64,000 bases of DNA. It comes from a virus. This document shows positions 61,409-64,000 of this stretch, in pieces (within the stretch, counting starts at the first letter, position 1; each line of letters starts with the position of its first letter). The position numbers and the translations under genes were made by a program. Where the stretch lies: IMG/VR virus record IMGVR_UViG_3300020187_000009, positions 84,785 to 148,784 of that record; one strand, given 5' to 3'. A model generated the notes under the pieces. The model saw only the letters and a list, made by a program, of their open reading frames with translations, was not told where the DNA came from and did not search any database.

Positions 61409-64000
61409 ATGTCAAGAGTATCATTAAAAGACTTAGCATCACTTGTATCTAACCTTAGGATGCAAGGACAAGATATTTCAGCCAAAAAGCTAAAATATAA
61501 AGATTCGCTGTTTACAGGTGCAAACAAACCAAGCGGGTATTCCTCAGACGAAGAATATACAAAACTCAATAAGCTAGGACCTATTGTTGATGATCTAATA
61601 GATGGACTAAAGGCAGTAGAAGATGAACTTTCTGATATTCACCAATATATTGAGGGTCAATTAGGAAATGCGGCAGATGAGATGGTTCTTCCTCCTAACT
61701 TGACCTTTTTAGATCCTGTAGGTAATAAACATTCTATTATCTCTTTTGATGAAAATTCAAAGAAGAAGCAAATTCATATTGATGAAGTAACGGCAGCAGC
61801 AGATTTAACATTAACATCTGGTGGAAACATCATAGTAGGAAGCGAACCTATAATAAACAGATCTGGCCAATGGGTTGGCCCTAATAGTGGTCTAAAGGGT
61901 AATACTGGCTCTACTGGAGCACAAGGTAATACTGGAGCACAAGGTACTGTAGGTCAAAAAGGACAGACTGGTAATACTGGAGCACAAGGTAATACTGGAG
62001 CACAAGGTAATACTGGAGCACAAGGTACTGTAGGTCAAAAAGGACAGACTGGTAATACTGGAGCACAAGGTTCTACTGGAGCACAAGGTACTGTAGGTCA
62101 AAAAGGACAGACTGGTAATACTGGAGCACAGGGTAATACTGGAGCACAAGGTAATACTGGAGCACAAGGTACTGTAGGTCAAAAAGGACAGACTGGTAAT
62201 ACTGGAGCACAAGGTAATACTGGAGCACAAGGAGCTTCTGTACTTGACGCAAGATTAGAAGGTGCAAATCTAGTAATTGAAGGAGAAGCATTCGGTGCAT
62301 TAAACGTAGGTAGGGTATATGGTAATACAGGTTCTACTGGAGCACAAGGTACTTTAGGTCAAAAAGGACAGACTGGTAATACTGGAGCACAAGGTAATAC
62401 TGGAGCTACTGGAGCAAGAGGAGCACAAGGTAATACTGGAGCACAAGGTAATGTAGGTCAAAAAGGACAGACTGGTAATACTGGAGCACAAGGTAATGTA
62501 GGTCAAAAAGGACAGACTGGTAATACTGGAGCACAAGGTAATACTGGAGCACAAGGTACTTTAGGTCAAAAAGGACAGACTGGTAATACTGGAGCACAAG
62601 GTAATACTGGAGCTACTGGAGCAAGAGGAGCACAAGGTAATACTGGAGCACAAGGTAATACTGGAGCACAAGGTACTGTAGGTCAAAAAGGACAGACTGG
62701 TAATACTGGAGCACAAGGTAATACTGGAGCAAGAGGAGCACAAGGTAATACTGGAGCTACTGGAGCTTCTGTACTTGACGCAAGATTAGAAGGTGCAAAT
62801 CTAGTAATTGAAGGAGAAGCATTCGGTGCATTAAACGTAGGTAGGGTATATGGTAATACTGGAGCACAAGGTAATGTAGGTCAAAAAGGACAGACTGGTA
62901 ATACTGGAGCACAAGGTAATACTGGAGCTACTGGAGCAAGAGGAGCACAAGGTAATACTGGAGCACAAGGTAATACTGGAGCTACTGGAGCAAGAGGAGC
63001 ACAAGGTAATACTGGAGCACAAGGTAATACTGGAGCTGCTGGATCAAATGGTTCAAATGGTTCTAGAGGAGCACAAGGTAATACTGGAGCACAAGGTAAT
63101 ACTGGAGCACAAGGTAATGTAGGTCAAAAAGGACAGACTGGTAATACTGGAGCACAAGGTAATACTGGAGCTTCTGTACTTGACGCAAGATTAGAAGGTG
63201 CAAATCTAGTAATTGAAGGAGAAGCATTCGGTGCATTAAACGTAGGTAGGGTATATGGTAATACAGGTTCTACTGGAGCACAAGGTAATACTGGAGCTAC
63301 TGGAGCAAGAGGAGCACAAGGTAATACTGGAGCTGCTGGATCAAATGGTTCAAATGGTTCTAGAGGAGCACAAGGTAATACTGGAGCACAAGGTAATACT
63401 GGAGCTACTGGAGCAAGAGGAGCACAAGGTAATACTGGAGCTACTGGAGCAAGAGGAGCACAAGGTAATACTGGAGCACAAGGTAATGTAGGTCAAAAAG
63501 GACAGACTGGTAATACAGGTTCTACTGGAGCACAAGGTAATACTGGAGCTACTGGAGCAAGAGGAGCACAAGGTAATACTGGAGCTACTGGAGCAAGAGG
63601 AGCACAAGGTAATACTGGAGCACAAGGTAATGTAGGTCAAAAAGGACAGACTGGTAATACAGGTTCTACTGGAGCACAAGGTAATACTGGAGCTACTGGA
63701 GCAAGAGGAGCACAAGGTAATACTGGAGCTACTGGAGCAAGAGGAGCACAAGGTAATACTGGAGCACAAGGTAATGTAGGTCAAAAAGGACAGACTGGTA
63801 ATACTGGAGCACAAGGTAATGTAGGTCAAAAAGGACAGACTGGTAATACTGGAGCACAAGGTAATACTGGAGCTACTGGAGCAAGAGGAGCACAAGGTAA
63901 TACTGGAGCTACTGGAGCTTCTGTACTTGACGCAAGATTAGAAGGTGCAAATCTAGTAATTGAAGGAGAAGCATTCGGTGCATTAAACGTAGGTAGGGTA
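61409..64000 (+). CDS. Very long collagen-like fibre protein (truncated by window end; not in ORF track)
   Basis: ATG 61409 MSRVSLKDL..., then GNT/GAQ/GQK triplets with no stop seen to 64000. Confidence 0.85.
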   Translation, partial: MSRVSLKDLASLVSNLRMQGQDISAKKLKYKDSLFTGANKPSGYSSDEEYTKLNKLGPIVDDLIDGLKAVEDELSDIHQYIEGQLGNAADEMVLPPNLTFLDPVGNKHSIISFDENSKKKQIHIDEVTAAADLTLTSGGNIIVGSEPIINRSGQWVGPNSGLKGNTGSTGAQGNTGAQGTVGQKGQTGNTGAQGNTGAQGNTGAQGTVGQKGQTGNTGAQGSTGAQGTVGQKGQTGNTGAQGNTGAQGNTGAQGTVGQKGQTGNTGAQGNTGAQGASVLDARLEGANLVIEGEAFGALNVGRVYGNTGSTGAQGTLGQKGQTGNTGAQGNTGATGARGAQGNTGAQGNVGQKGQTGNTGAQGNVGQKGQTGNTGAQGNTGAQGTLGQKGQTGNTGAQGNTGATGARGAQGNTGAQGNTGAQGTVGQKGQTGNTGAQGNTGARGAQGNTGATGASVLDARLEGANLVIEGEAFGALNVGRVYGNTGAQGNVGQKGQTGNTGAQGNTGATGARGAQGNTGAQGNTGATGARGAQGNTGAQGNTGAAGSNGSNGSRGAQGNTGAQGNTGAQGNVGQKGQTGNTGAQGNTGASVLDARLEGANLVIEGEAFGALNVGRVYGNTGSTGAQGNTGATGARGAQGNTGAAGSNGSNGSRGAQGNTGAQGNTGATGARGAQGNTGATGARGAQGNTGAQGNVGQKGQTGNTGSTGAQGNTGATGARGAQGNTGATGARGAQGNTGAQGNVGQKGQTGNTGSTGAQGNTGATGARGAQGNTGATGARGAQGNTGAQGNVGQKGQTGNTGAQGNVGQKGQTGNTGAQGNTGATGARGAQGNTGATGASVLDARLEGANLVIEGEAFGALNVGRV
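61898..64000 (+). repeat. Gly-X-Y coding repeats with a repeated 29-aa spacer
   Basis: GGTAATACTGGAGCACAA units; [29 protein letters not shown] at 62234, 62765, 63170, 63917. Confidence 0.9.

Noticed and set aside
1-64000. Genome-wide stop-codon reassignment
   Set aside because: TAG and TGA end genes that abut the next start (4618/4620, 11168/11170, ATGA overlaps), and coding density is high under code 11.
1-64000. Bacterial chromosome or capsule locus
   Set aside because: Host-like genes are mixed with gp42/gp56-like genes, a Seg-like endonuclease, an S74 tail fibre and phage-type promoter repeats.

Overview
This AT-rich, gene-dense window most likely comes from a large T4-like (jumbo) phage of a Bacteroidota/Flavobacteriia host. 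The support is TAnnTTTG-type promoters, A-rich starts without Shine-Dalgarno sequences, T4 gp42/gp56-like genes and collagen tail-fibre genes. Layout: (1) 0.1-14.2 kb holds a GIY-YIG homing endonuclease, an interrupted ADP-ribosyltransferase, a lytic transglycosylase and putative internal head proteins with MKxIKLFExFINE leaders and ESVVTE linkers. (2) 15-24 kb holds a Gly-Thr-Ser collagen-like fibre gene and a glycosyl/pyruvyl-transferase operon. (3) 24.7-31.5 kb is a divergent island of short early genes, each preceded by an ~80-bp repeated promoter cassette, with a RadA-like ATPase, a DUF932-like protein and tRNA-Arg(UCU); two compositionally odd non-coding tracts flank it. (4) 33-47 kb covers nucleotide metabolism and proteostasis (ThyA, LOG, M42 peptidase, ClpC-like, ClpP). 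(5) 47-64 kb holds virion/fibre genes and a second glycan-modification cluster. Top candidate novel system (inferred, untested): cytosine hypermodification of DNA with an inositol-derived group. It combines myo-inositol-1-phosphate synthase, a HAD phosphatase, a FkbM methyltransferase, an aGPT-Pplase1/HMUDK-helical protein and an SGNH-like protein with a gp56-like dCTPase and an Asp-type (dCMP-specific) thymidylate synthase paralogue. All family assignments come from motif recognition by eye, not database searches.
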